Position numbers and translations under genes: made by a program. A stretch of DNA of 64,000 nt from Flavobacteriales bacterium (lineage in GTDB: Bacteria > Bacteroidota > Bacteroidia > Flavobacteriales_D > CAJJDF01): contig CBFHZD010000004.1 in NCBI GenBank assembly GCA_965660305.1, forward strand, positions 20,680 through 84,679, given 5' to 3'. Shown piece by piece: positions 48,754-57,590 of the stretch (position 1 is its first letter; every line of letters starts with the position of its first letter). Under the pieces are notes generated by a model. It was not told the origin of the DNA. It made no database searches and worked only from the letters and a program-made list of their open reading frames with translations.

Positions 48754-49927
48754 AGCAATTTTAAGTAAGTCTGTTCAGGAGTTCATAAGCGTAAATTTAC
48801 GTATTGATACTTCACAATTATTGTTCAAAAACCCTGTTTTTGAATCTGTTACCAATAAAGAATTGGTTGAGCAAATTGTGTCAAAATTAAAGTCGAAAAC
48901 CAAGTTGCCTACTTGGTTTGAGTCCAAAAACATCTATTTTCCTCCTAAAATTTCCATTGAACAAACTTCTTCTGAAGAAACTGCTAGATATAAATCGAGG
49001 TTGATTTCGGGCAAGAACTTAATTGACTTGACTGGTGGTTTTGGAATAGATGGTTACTATTTTTCAAGACAATTTGAAGAGGTAGTTCATTGCGAAATGA
49101 ATGAAGATTTATCTCAAATTGCCTCTCACAATTTTAGAGAGTTAGGTGTTAAAAATTGTCATTTTTTCGTTGGAGATGGAATGAAGTTTTTAAGAGATAC
49201 GGACAAGAATTATGATTGGATTTATGTGGATCCTAGTCGAAGGAATCAGATAAAAGGGAAAGTGTTTTTGATGTCAGATTGTTTGCCCGATATTCCGGGT
49301 AATTTGAATGTATTATTCTCCAGAACCAATCGAATCATGATGAAAACCTCTCCTTTAATTGATTTGTCGAAGGGGCTGTCTGAATTAAAAGATGTAAAGG
49401 AAGTTCATGTTATAGCCCTAAAAAACGAAGTGAAAGAGTTGTTATGGATTTTGGAGAAGGATTTTTCTGGTAACGTAGAAATCAAGTCCATAAATTTAGA
49501 TAGAAATCAAAACCAAGTATTTGATTTTAGTTTGGAAAAAGAATCAGAGGAAGAATGTGAGCTTGCTTTGCCTTTGCGGTATGTGTTTGAGCCTAATTCG
49601 GCAATTATGAAATCCGGAGGATTTAATCAAGTGGGCATGCAACACAAGGTTTGTAAACTGCATAAACATTCTCATTTGTACACAAGCCAAGAGTTGAAAG
49701 ATTTTCCGGGCAGAAGATTCGAGGTGAAAGAGACAATAATCGCCAAGGGAAAGAATTTGAAGTTGAGGTTGAAAGGAATGAAAGCTAATATTGCGACTCG
49801 AAACTATCCTAAGAAGGTTGAGGAAATTCGAAAAACTTATAAAATGACTGACGGAGGAAAGGATTATCTTTTTTTTACTACCAACAGGAATGAAGAAAAA
49901 ATCTGTTTGATTTGTGAGAAGGTTTGA
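48746..49927 (+). CDS. Class I SAM-dependent methyltransferase with a THUMP-like domain (TGS1-like motif I)
   Basis: 393 aa with motif I LIDLTGGFGIDGYYFS and a post-I acidic residue (VHCEMN). It overlaps the recQ 3' end by 8 nt. Confidence 0.6.
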   Translation: MNKAILSKSVQEFISVNLRIDTSQLLFKNPVFESVTNKELVEQIVSKLKSKTKLPTWFESKNIYFPPKISIEQTSSEETARYKSRLISGKNLIDLTGGFGIDGYYFSRQFEEVVHCEMNEDLSQIASHNFRELGVKNCHFFVGDGMKFLRDTDKNYDWIYVDPSRRNQIKGKVFLMSDCLPDIPGNLNVLFSRTNRIMMKTSPLIDLSKGLSELKDVKEVHVIALKNEVKELLWILEKDFSGNVEIKSINLDRNQNQVFDFSLEKESEEECELALPLRYVFEPNSAIMKSGGFNQVGMQHKVCKLHKHSHLYTSQELKDFPGRRFEVKETIIAKGKNLKLRLKGMKANIATRNYPKKVEEIRKTYKMTDGGKDYLFFTTNRNEEKICLICEKV

Positions 49928-49959
49928 TTTGAAAATCCTGTGAGGGACAAACGTCATCA

Positions 49960-50577
49960 CTATTTATATTCTTCAATATCAATAGTTTGGTTGCAAAAAA
50001 ACGTTTCGTCTTTTTGATTGTTAGAGGCCACAATCACAATTCTGTTATCTAGGTTTTTTTGAATTAGATTCTGATACCATGTGATTGCTTGCTTATCCAG
50101 GTTGGATGTAGGTTCGTCCAACAGCAAAATTGGGCAGTCTGATAAGATAGAAAGACCCAGTTTTACTCTTTGTTTCATCCCTGAAGAGAAGTGCTTAATT
50201 GCTTTGTTTTTGGCATGCTTCAGTTCTATGACCTCAATAAAATCTTTAAATTCTATGTGGTCTTTCAGCGGTTTCAGTTTGCTATAGAATTGAAGCAATT
50301 CTTGAATGGTGTAGTCTTCAAATATGCCGATGTAAGGCGAAGTGTAGGCAACTTTTTGGTAAATCTTTTCGGAGGATATTTCTTGACTTTCGGAATAATA
50401 GATTTTACCTTCTGTTGGGGTCTCAAACCCTGAAATCATTTTAAGAAAAGTAGATTTTCCTGAACCATTTGAGCCAGAAATAGCTATTGATGCATTTAAC
50501 GAAATTTCAGATGTAATCCCTCTGAAAATCCAATCTCGGTTATACTTTTTGCCAGTATTTTCTAATTTGATTTTCAA
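49960..50577 (-). CDS. Orphan ABC transporter ATP-binding protein
   Basis: 205 aa with Walker A GSNGSGKST, signature FSSGMKQR and Walker B ILLLDEPTSNLD. No permease gene is adjacent. Confidence 0.75.
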   Translation of the reverse strand: MKIKLENTGKKYNRDWIFRGITSEISLNASIAISGSNGSGKSTFLKMISGFETPTEGKIYYSESQEISSEKIYQKVAYTSPYIGIFEDYTIQELLQFYSKLKPLKDHIEFKDFIEVIELKHAKNKAIKHFSSGMKQRVKLGLSILSDCPILLLDEPTSNLDKQAITWYQNLIQKNLDNRIVIVASNNQKDETFFCNQTIDIEEYK

Positions 50578-50622
50578 TGTTTTTCTGTTGCTAAGGTCCG
50601 AGGGTAAGGAGTTAGTGTTTTA

Positions 50623-51399
50623 TTAGTTAAAACCTCTCATAATCCCTTTGGTTTCATTGTTTATGAAATCCAAAATTTCTTGTTTTTCTTCAGACTTTGG
50701 TAATTCTAAGTCTGCAATTTTGAGTGCTTGTGTCATGTTTTTGTTCTGAACATAAATAGTTCTATAAACGTCCTCAATATTGGTGATTTGTTCGTTTGTG
50801 TAGCCTCTTCTTCTGAGTCCAATGGCGTTTACTCCTACGTAGGAAATGGGTTCTCTTGCCGCCTTTACAAAAGGAGGAACACTTTTTCTTACCATACTTC
50901 CTCCGGCCACAAAAGCATGTTTTCCAATTCTTGTAAATTGTTGTACGCCAACCATTCCCTCAATAATTGCCCAATCTTCAATAGTAACGTGACCCGCAAT
51001 ATTTACGGAGTTAGCAACCACACAATTGTCGCCCATTATCGTATCATGACCAAAATGTGTGTAAGCCATTACCAAGCAATTTTTTCCAATTCGTGTAGTC
51101 ATTTTATCCACAGTTCCTCTGTTTATAGTCACGCATTCTCTTATTGTGGTATTGTCTCCAATTTCTACAGTTGTATCCTCTCCAGCAAATTTTAAATCTT
51201 GTGGAATAGCTGAAACTACTGCTCCAGGAAATATTTTGCAATTTTCGCCAATCCGAGCGCCACTCATTATCACTGCCCCTGGTCCAATCCAAGTCCCAGT
51301 GCCAATTGTTACATTGTCTCCAACGGTTGCAAATGGCTCTATAATTGCGCCTTCTGCTATTTGGGCGTTTGGGTGTACGTTTGCTTGTGGATGACTCAT
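50623..51399 (-). CDS. lpxA: Acyl-ACP:UDP-GlcNAc O-acyltransferase
   Basis: 258 aa with left-handed beta-helix hexapeptide repeats and an LpxA-type C-terminal helical domain. Confidence 0.9.
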   Translation of the reverse strand: MSHPQANVHPNAQIAEGAIIEPFATVGDNVTIGTGTWIGPGAVIMSGARIGENCKIFPGAVVSAIPQDLKFAGEDTTVEIGDNTTIRECVTINRGTVDKMTTRIGKNCLVMAYTHFGHDTIMGDNCVVANSVNIAGHVTIEDWAIIEGMVGVQQFTRIGKHAFVAGGSMVRKSVPPFVKAAREPISYVGVNAIGLRRRGYTNEQITNIEDVYRTIYVQNKNMTQALKIADLELPKSEEKQEILDFINNETKGIMRGFN

Positions 51400-51401
51400 A
51401 A

Positions 51402-52808
51402 TTAGTTGTTTTTTTCTTTTACAATTTGTGCGAGCATTTCAGCTTCGGATACCACAATACCGTTTACATAGGCTTTTCCTTTCATGTTTACTAATCCTCT
51501 TCTTATAGGACTAATCAACTCCAAATCAAAGACAATTGTATCGCCTGGCACTACTTTTTTCTTGTATCGAACGTTATCAATTTTCAGGAAGTAAGTCGAA
51601 TAATTTTCAGGGTCTTCCACCTGATTCAGAGCAAATACTCCTCCTGTTTGAGCCATAGCTTCAATTTGAAGCACCCCAGGCATCACGGGATTTCCTGGAA
51701 AGTGACCTTGAAAAAAAGGTTCGTTAAGTGTTACGTTTTTCACACCAACAATTCCATTCTCAGAAATTTCCATTATTTTATCGATTAATAAAAACGGATA
51801 TCTATGCGGAATCATATTTGATATGTCGTTGATATCAAATAAAGGTTCCTTTGTTAAGTCAAAGTGTTTGGTTTTGTCATTTTTCTCTTCAAGAAACTTA
51901 GCCTTTAGTAGTTTTCCAAATTCTGTGTTTCCATAATGACCAGGTCTTGCACTCAAGATATGACCTTTTATTCGTTTTCCAATTAAAGCTAAATCTCCTA
52001 CAATATCCAGTAGTTTATGTCTTGCTGGCTCGTTTTGGAACTTTAATTTAGTGGTGTTTAGAACCCCAATTCCGTCCAATTTTATTTCTAAATCTTCCTT
52101 GCCTAGTAATTTTCTTAATCGGTTTATCTCTTCATCGGAAATGTCTTCTCGTTCAACCAATACAATCGCGTTATCTAAATCTCCACCTTTAATCAGACCA
52201 TTGGCAGCCAATTGCTCCAATTCTCTCATAAAAACAAAAGTACGACAAGTTGAAATTTCTTCTTTAAAGTCCGTCAACCTCATCATTGAGGCATGCTGAG
52301 TTCCAAGAGCTGGCGATCGATAATCTACCATCACCGTTACTCTATAGTTTTCGTCTGGTACTGCCAAAAATTCTATTTCCTTTTCAGCTACTTCAAACTT
52401 TATAGTTTCTTTGATTTCGAAATATTCTCTGACAATTTCTTGATCTTCAATACCTGCCTTTTCTATGGCATCAATAAATGGACGCGAACTACCATCCATG
52501 ATTGGAATTTCAGGACCATTTACTTGAATAATGGCATTGTCAATTCCAGTTGAATAAATTCCAGCCAGTACATGTTCTGTCGTGTGAATTTTTGTTCCAT
52601 TTTGTTCTAGTGTGGTGCCTCTTTGAGTTTCGGTAACTCTATTTACATCTGCGTCAATAAGGGGTTGTCCGTCCACATCCATCCGTTGGAACTTGTATCC
52701 ATGATTTGCGGGTGCTGGTAATATGGATAAAGTGGTTTTTTTTCCTGTATGTAATCCGACACCTTCGAGGGTAACGGCAGATTTTATAGTTTTTTGATAA
52801 TCAGTCAT
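51402..52808 (-). CDS. lpxC/fabZ: Bifunctional UDP-3-O-acyl-GlcNAc deacetylase / 3-hydroxyacyl-ACP dehydratase
   Basis: 468 aa. The N-terminal LpxC part has TLEGVGLHTGK and TTEHVLAG. The C-terminal FabZ part has IPHRYPFLLID and FFQGHFPGNPVMPGVL. This fusion is typical of Bacteroidota. Confidence 0.9.
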   Translation of the reverse strand: MTDYQKTIKSAVTLEGVGLHTGKKTTLSILPAPANHGYKFQRMDVDGQPLIDADVNRVTETQRGTTLEQNGTKIHTTEHVLAGIYSTGIDNAIIQVNGPEIPIMDGSSRPFIDAIEKAGIEDQEIVREYFEIKETIKFEVAEKEIEFLAVPDENYRVTVMVDYRSPALGTQHASMMRLTDFKEEISTCRTFVFMRELEQLAANGLIKGGDLDNAIVLVEREDISDEEINRLRKLLGKEDLEIKLDGIGVLNTTKLKFQNEPARHKLLDIVGDLALIGKRIKGHILSARPGHYGNTEFGKLLKAKFLEEKNDKTKHFDLTKEPLFDINDISNMIPHRYPFLLIDKIMEISENGIVGVKNVTLNEPFFQGHFPGNPVMPGVLQIEAMAQTGGVFALNQVEDPENYSTYFLKIDNVRYKKKVVPGDTIVFDLELISPIRRGLVNMKGKAYVNGIVVSEAEMLAQIVKEKNN

Positions 52809-52815
52809 CTATTTT

Positions 52816-53850
52816 CTATTTGTTAGATAGTTCTTTTTCTAATTTGTCTACTTTTCTTTTTAAGTCTGGTAGACCTCTATAAACAATGTATGATCTTTTA
52901 AATTCTCCTATTGGAAAGGCCGGTGAGCCTTGAATAATAAGTCCTTTTTCAGTAATAGAACTTGCTACCCCTGATTGAGCTGCAATCTTCACTTCATCTG
53001 CTATAGTGATGTGACCTACTATCCCAACTTGTCCGCCAATCATACAGTTTTTTCCAATTTTTGTAGATCCTGCAATCCCTGTTTGGGCTGCAATTACTGT
53101 GTTTTCTCCGATTTCTACGTTATGGGCAACTTGAATTAAATTGTCTAATTTTACTCCTTTTCTAATAATCGTAGACCCTAAAGTTGCTCTATCAATGGTT
53201 GTGTTAGCACCAACTTCAACGAAATCCTCTAAAATTGCATTACCAATCTGTGGGACTTTGGCATAGTTGCCTTCACTGTTTGGTACAAAGCCAAAACCAT
53301 CGCCTCCTAAAATTACTCCAGAATGAAGCGTGCATGATTTTCCAATGACGCAATCTGAATAGATCCGAACACCTGAAAAGAAAACAGAATTCTCACCTAT
53401 TGTTACATTGTCGCCAATATATGAGTTGGGGTAAATATGAACATTGTCTCCAAGAGTTACATTATCTCCAAAGCTACAATTTGCACCAATAAATACATCT
53501 TTTCCCATTTTCATTGTTTCGGGGATGAAACTACTTGGATGAATTCCAGGTTTTTTCTTTTTGAACTCGTTGTAAATCGAGAGCAATTGTGCAAAGGCAG
53601 CTTGAGCACTTTCCACTTTTACCAAAGTACAAGTTGAAGGAACGGGTTTAGAAGGTTCAAAACTTTTATCTACAATAACAACTGAAGCCCCGGTAGAGTA
53701 TAGGTAGTTCTCATATTTCATGTTTGATAAAAATGACAAAGTATTGGGCTTTCCTTCCTCTATTTTGGATAGGTTGTTGACCGATACATTTTCATTTCCT
53801 TCGATTGTGCCTTCCAGTAGGCCAGCTATTTGCGATGCAGTAAAATCCAT
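52816..53850 (-). CDS. lpxD: UDP-3-O-acylglucosamine N-acyltransferase
   Basis: 344 aa with an LpxD N-domain (FTASQIAGLLEGTIEGN) plus hexapeptide repeats. Confidence 0.9.
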   Translation of the reverse strand: MDFTASQIAGLLEGTIEGNENVSVNNLSKIEEGKPNTLSFLSNMKYENYLYSTGASVVIVDKSFEPSKPVPSTCTLVKVESAQAAFAQLLSIYNEFKKKKPGIHPSSFIPETMKMGKDVFIGANCSFGDNVTLGDNVHIYPNSYIGDNVTIGENSVFFSGVRIYSDCVIGKSCTLHSGVILGGDGFGFVPNSEGNYAKVPQIGNAILEDFVEVGANTTIDRATLGSTIIRKGVKLDNLIQVAHNVEIGENTVIAAQTGIAGSTKIGKNCMIGGQVGIVGHITIADEVKIAAQSGVASSITEKGLIIQGSPAFPIGEFKRSYIVYRGLPDLKRKVDKLEKELSNK

Positions 53851-53941
53851 GATAGCAAATGTAACAATAAAAATAGAATTTAAAGGGTTGATAAGGGCAT
53901 CCGATTAACAACGAAATGTTAAATAAAACTGACAATTGGAG

Positions 53942-54343
53942 CTATATCATTACCCCAACTTTATTTACTACTGGAATCTGAATTGAGTTAAAATTTGAGA
54001 TAGATTCAGGCAAGAAAATATACTTTTTATCATACATTTTTTTGTCGATGTAAAAACTGAGCCAGAACTCGTTGCTCAGTGCAAATAACTCTTCTGGAAT
54101 CGGTTCTATTTTTTTGAATTCTTTTGGTTTTAGTTCATCTAAAGAGTGTCTAAAAGTGGCAGTTTTCTTCTGTTCTCCTTTTATCTCACCATATCCTCTA
54201 GTAGAGATTAAAACGCCTTCAAGAAGTTCGTTTCTATTGTTGATTACGTAGGCCATCCAATCTATTTTGCCTAATTCATTTTTTTCTTGAACTATCGCAA
54301 TATGAACATCTACAACTTCGGGCTGAATGATATCTTTTTTCAT
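53942..54343 (-). CDS. Hypothetical cytoplasmic protein
   Basis: 133 aa with no signal peptide and no recognised motif. It is co-directional with lpxD and lies 91 bp upstream of it. Confidence 0.4.
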   Translation of the reverse strand: MKKDIIQPEVVDVHIAIVQEKNELGKIDWMAYVINNRNELLEGVLISTRGYGEIKGEQKKTATFRHSLDELKPKEFKKIEPIPEELFALSNEFWLSFYIDKKMYDKKYIFLPESISNFNSIQIPVVNKVGVMI

Positions 54344-54358
54344 AAAAAATGAGAATAC

Positions 54359-55072
54359 TTAGGATTGAATGTCAAAATCAAATAAGTTGGCGAGATTCAC
54401 CAATAACTTCGATTTTACTTCCGCCATGTTTACTTCTTTTCCGAGTTCTTGCTGCATGGAGGTAACAGCCTTGTCGTCAATCCCACAAGGAACAATATTT
54501 TTGAATAATGATAAGTCTGTATTTACATTGAAAGCAAAGCCATGCATCGTTACCCATCGACTACATTTTACGCCCAGTGCACAAATTTTTCTTGATTTTA
54601 TTGGGTTATCTATATCAAGCCAAACTCCAGTTAAGCCATCAATTCTGCCCGCTTTTATTCCGTATTCTTCTAGTGTCAGGATTACTGCCTCCTCAATGAA
54701 ACGAAGATATTTGTGGATATCGGTAAAAAAATTATCTAAATCGAAAATAGGATATCCTACGATTTGTCCAGGTCCATGATAGGTGATGTCACCCCCTCTG
54801 TTTATTTTGTGGTAGGCAATCTTGTTTTTATCCAATTGAGATTGATTCATCAACAAGTGAGATTCTTTTCCGCTTTTTCCTAGCGTATATACATGTGGAT
54901 GCTCACAAAAGATCAAATGATTCTTGGTTTCTGAAACTTCCAAGCCTTCGTCTTCTTTCTTTCTGTTGCTTGTTTTTATTGCAACTATGGAATCAAAAAT
55001 TTTAGTTTGGTAATCCCAAGCTTCTTGATATTCGATTTCACCCAGATCTTCAAAAATGATTTTTCTGTTCAC
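54359..55072 (-). CDS. lipB: Lipoyl(octanoyl) transferase
   Basis: 237 aa with RGGDITYHGPGQ and RKICALGV. Confidence 0.9.
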   Translation of the reverse strand: MNRKIIFEDLGEIEYQEAWDYQTKIFDSIVAIKTSNRKKEDEGLEVSETKNHLIFCEHPHVYTLGKSGKESHLLMNQSQLDKNKIAYHKINRGGDITYHGPGQIVGYPIFDLDNFFTDIHKYLRFIEEAVILTLEEYGIKAGRIDGLTGVWLDIDNPIKSRKICALGVKCSRWVTMHGFAFNVNTDLSLFKNIVPCGIDDKAVTSMQQELGKEVNMAEVKSKLLVNLANLFDFDIQS

Positions 55073-55075
55073 TAC

Positions 55076-56059
55076 TTAGTGGTTACGAAGTTCGTTCTTG
55101 AGGCTGTCGATAACCTTAATTTCAATAGTGTCCACATCATACTCTTCCGCTAAAAATATGGAGATCCAATCTGTCATCAGAATGAAATAATACACTCTTT
55201 CAATTTCCGAATTCCCTTTTGAATATATTTCTATGCAAGTGTTCGCTCTTTTGGAAATGTTACTTTTGGAAATATCCATTCTCAACTGGTTTCTTTTGTG
55301 ATCAGTTGAGTTTCTTAAAAATAATGCAGAGAAAGATTTGTTTCCTCCTTGCCAACCCAAAAGCTCATTGTGATTCATTTCAGGTATTACATTGGAAAAG
55401 GCCAACGTCTTTGTGTTCTCATTAAGCTGTTGTTTGAATCTTGTCCCAACCCCTTCAAAACTGGCGTCAGAATAAATTAAAACAGTGGTGTTTTTGACTT
55501 CGTTTGCAATTTTTTTGGCTTCTTTTTTAATCTCATTCACTTCCTTGTCGAGCAGTGAAATAGAATTATTGATCTCAGAAGCGGCATCTATATCGATTAA
55601 CGAGTATTGTTGAAAAATAAACAACAATTGAGTCAATGAATAGGTGAGCATAGCCCTTGGTGGATTACCTCCAGGAACTACCAAAACAGGAATGCTGTTT
55701 TCTTGAGCTATTTTTTCTACTTCTCCACCAGAAGTGATACAAATTATTTTGCTGTTTCGTTTTAAAGCTTCCTTAAAAGCTGAAACTGTTTCTTCCGTAT
55801 CGCCCGAGTAGGACGAGATAATAACCAATGTTTTACTGTCAACAAATGCAGGTAAAGCATAGGAATTGTAAGTTAGCACAGGTTTTTTACATCTTGATTC
55901 TGCAATTTTAGATATTATTTTCCCTCCAATTCCAGATCCTCCTAATCCACAAATGATTACATTTTGAATGTCTTCGGTGTTTGCATTTTTTTCAAGTTTT
56001 TCTCCAATTAGCTTGGCTTCCGACAATTGGTTGGTAAAATTCGAAATAAATTGTTTCAT
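55076..56059 (-). CDS. SIS-domain protein, bifunctional phosphoglucose/phosphomannose isomerase-like
   Basis: 327 aa with the SIS motif ICGLGGSGIGG...SYSGDTEET and a second SIS-like half. Confidence 0.65.
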   Translation of the reverse strand: MKQFISNFTNQLSEAKLIGEKLEKNANTEDIQNVIICGLGGSGIGGKIISKIAESRCKKPVLTYNSYALPAFVDSKTLVIISSYSGDTEETVSAFKEALKRNSKIICITSGGEVEKIAQENSIPVLVVPGGNPPRAMLTYSLTQLLFIFQQYSLIDIDAASEINNSISLLDKEVNEIKKEAKKIANEVKNTTVLIYSDASFEGVGTRFKQQLNENTKTLAFSNVIPEMNHNELLGWQGGNKSFSALFLRNSTDHKRNQLRMDISKSNISKRANTCIEIYSKGNSEIERVYYFILMTDWISIFLAEEYDVDTIEIKVIDSLKNELRNH

Positions 56060-56203
56060 AGATTCTTTTTTTTATTTTCTTGGCTAATCTTGTAAGATAT
56101 GATAGATTTACACGACACGCATACAGTTGATGAAATACTGTCGTCAGTGTGTAAAATTAAAAAAAAAATACTTTATAATCACCGAATTTAACTGATATCT
56201 ACC

Positions 56204-56536
56204 ATGAAAACGTACTACGATCCAGATGATTTAAAAAAATTCTCCAAGATTGGTGAATTTCAAAAGCCGCTTGCAGATAAATTTTTCTCCTATTATGGGG
56301 ATGTTTTTAAGGAGGGAGCGCTAACTGAAAGAGAAAAGTCATTGATAGCATTGGCAGTGTCACACGCAGTCCAATGTCCTTATTGTATCGATGCTTACAC
56401 TGTTGATTCTTTGGAAAAGGGCTGTGATGAAGAGGAAATGATGGAGGCTGTGCATGTGGCTGCAGCCATCAGGGGAGGAGCGACCTTGGTTCATGGTGTC
56501 CAAATGATGAATAAAACGAAAGAGGTTTCGATGTAA
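56204..56536 (+). CDS. Carboxymuconolactone-decarboxylase/AhpD-like protein of the type called arsenosugar biosynthesis-associated peroxidase-like
   Basis: 110 aa with a CxxC in VSHAVQCPYCIDAY. It lies immediately upstream (4 nt) of the ArsS-type radical SAM gene. Confidence 0.7.
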   Translation: MKTYYDPDDLKKFSKIGEFQKPLADKFFSYYGDVFKEGALTEREKSLIALAVSHAVQCPYCIDAYTVDSLEKGCDEEEMMEAVHVAAAIRGGATLVHGVQMMNKTKEVSM

Positions 56537-56540
56537 GTTT

Positions 56541-57590
56541 ATGAAATCATTACTGAAACAAAAGAATAAATTCTCACAGGTAGATTATCAATTGGAGGTT
56601 CTGAATGAAGCTGTTGTTGGTCAGGGTCTTCCGGATTTTAGCGCCAAACTGAAAGAATCAGACTTATATCCATTGAAACCGATAGGAGTCGAGATTTTTC
56701 AGGTCAATATGGGAAAAATGTGCAACCAAGTGTGTGCACATTGTCACGTAGATGCCGGGCCCGACAGGAAAGAAATAATGACCAAGGAGACGATGGAGCA
56801 GTGCTTGGTAGCTATCAAGAATTCTGGGATTAAGACAGTAGATTTAACGGGTGGAGCCCCAGAAATGAATCCAAATTTTAGATGGTTTGTAGAAGAGGTT
56901 CATGCATTAGGATGCAAGGTCATAGTAAGGTGTAACTTAACGATCATTGTTGCTAACAAGAAGTACCATGATTTGCCTGAGTTTTATAAAAAAAATAACA
57001 TCGAAATAGTGAGTTCCTTGCCTCATTATAGCTCAAAAAAAACCGACAGCCAGCGCGGAAATGGAGTGTTTGAAAAAAGCATTAAGGCTTTGAGAATGTT
57101 AAATGAGGTTGGGTATGGTAAAGAAGGTTCTGGATTAGTTTTGAATTTGGTTTACAATCCTTCTGGTGCGTTTTTGCCGCCTAGTCAGGAGGGTTTGGAA
57201 AGGCAATTTAAAAGAAAACTAAAGCAAGATTTTGATATTGAGTTTAACACTCTTTTTGCCATTACCAATATTCCTATCAGTAGGTTTTTAGAATATTTGG
57301 TGGCCTCTAAAAACCACCTAGGGTACATGGAAAAATTAGTCAATTTGTATAATCCGTCTGCAGCAAAAGGTGTGATGTGTAGAAATACAATTTCGGTGGG
57401 TTGGGATGGCTTTTTGTATGATTGTGACTTTAACCAGATGTTGGAAATGAAAGTGTCTGTAGCAAAAAAGCATCAACACGTGAGTGAATTTAATTCAGAT
57501 ACCTTAACAAACCGATCTATCCGGTTAAATAATCACTGTTTTGGATGTACAGCTGGATCTGGATCGAGTTGCGGAGGCGAAATCACTTAA
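56541..57590 (+). CDS. arsS: ArsS-family radical SAM protein (radical SAM + DUF3641 + Cys-rich C-terminus)
   Basis: 349 aa with radical SAM cluster CNQVCAHC, a DUF3641-like region (LVYNPSGAFLPPSQ...FAITNIPISRF) and C-terminal CFGCTAGSGSSCGG. Confidence 0.7.
   Translation: MKSLLKQKNKFSQVDYQLEVLNEAVVGQGLPDFSAKLKESDLYPLKPIGVEIFQVNMGKMCNQVCAHCHVDAGPDRKEIMTKETMEQCLVAIKNSGIKTVDLTGGAPEMNPNFRWFVEEVHALGCKVIVRCNLTIIVANKKYHDLPEFYKKNNIEIVSSLPHYSSKKTDSQRGNGVFEKSIKALRMLNEVGYGKEGSGLVLNLVYNPSGAFLPPSQEGLERQFKRKLKQDFDIEFNTLFAITNIPISRFLEYLVASKNHLGYMEKLVNLYNPSAAKGVMCRNTISVGWDGFLYDCDFNQMLEMKVSVAKKHQHVSEFNSDTLTNRSIRLNNHCFGCTAGSGSSCGGEIT

Noticed and set aside
50728-51195. 155-aa ORF antisense to lpxA (and 51146..51394)
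   Set aside because: Hexapeptide-repeat genes commonly give open mirror frames. The sense-strand LpxA call is strong.
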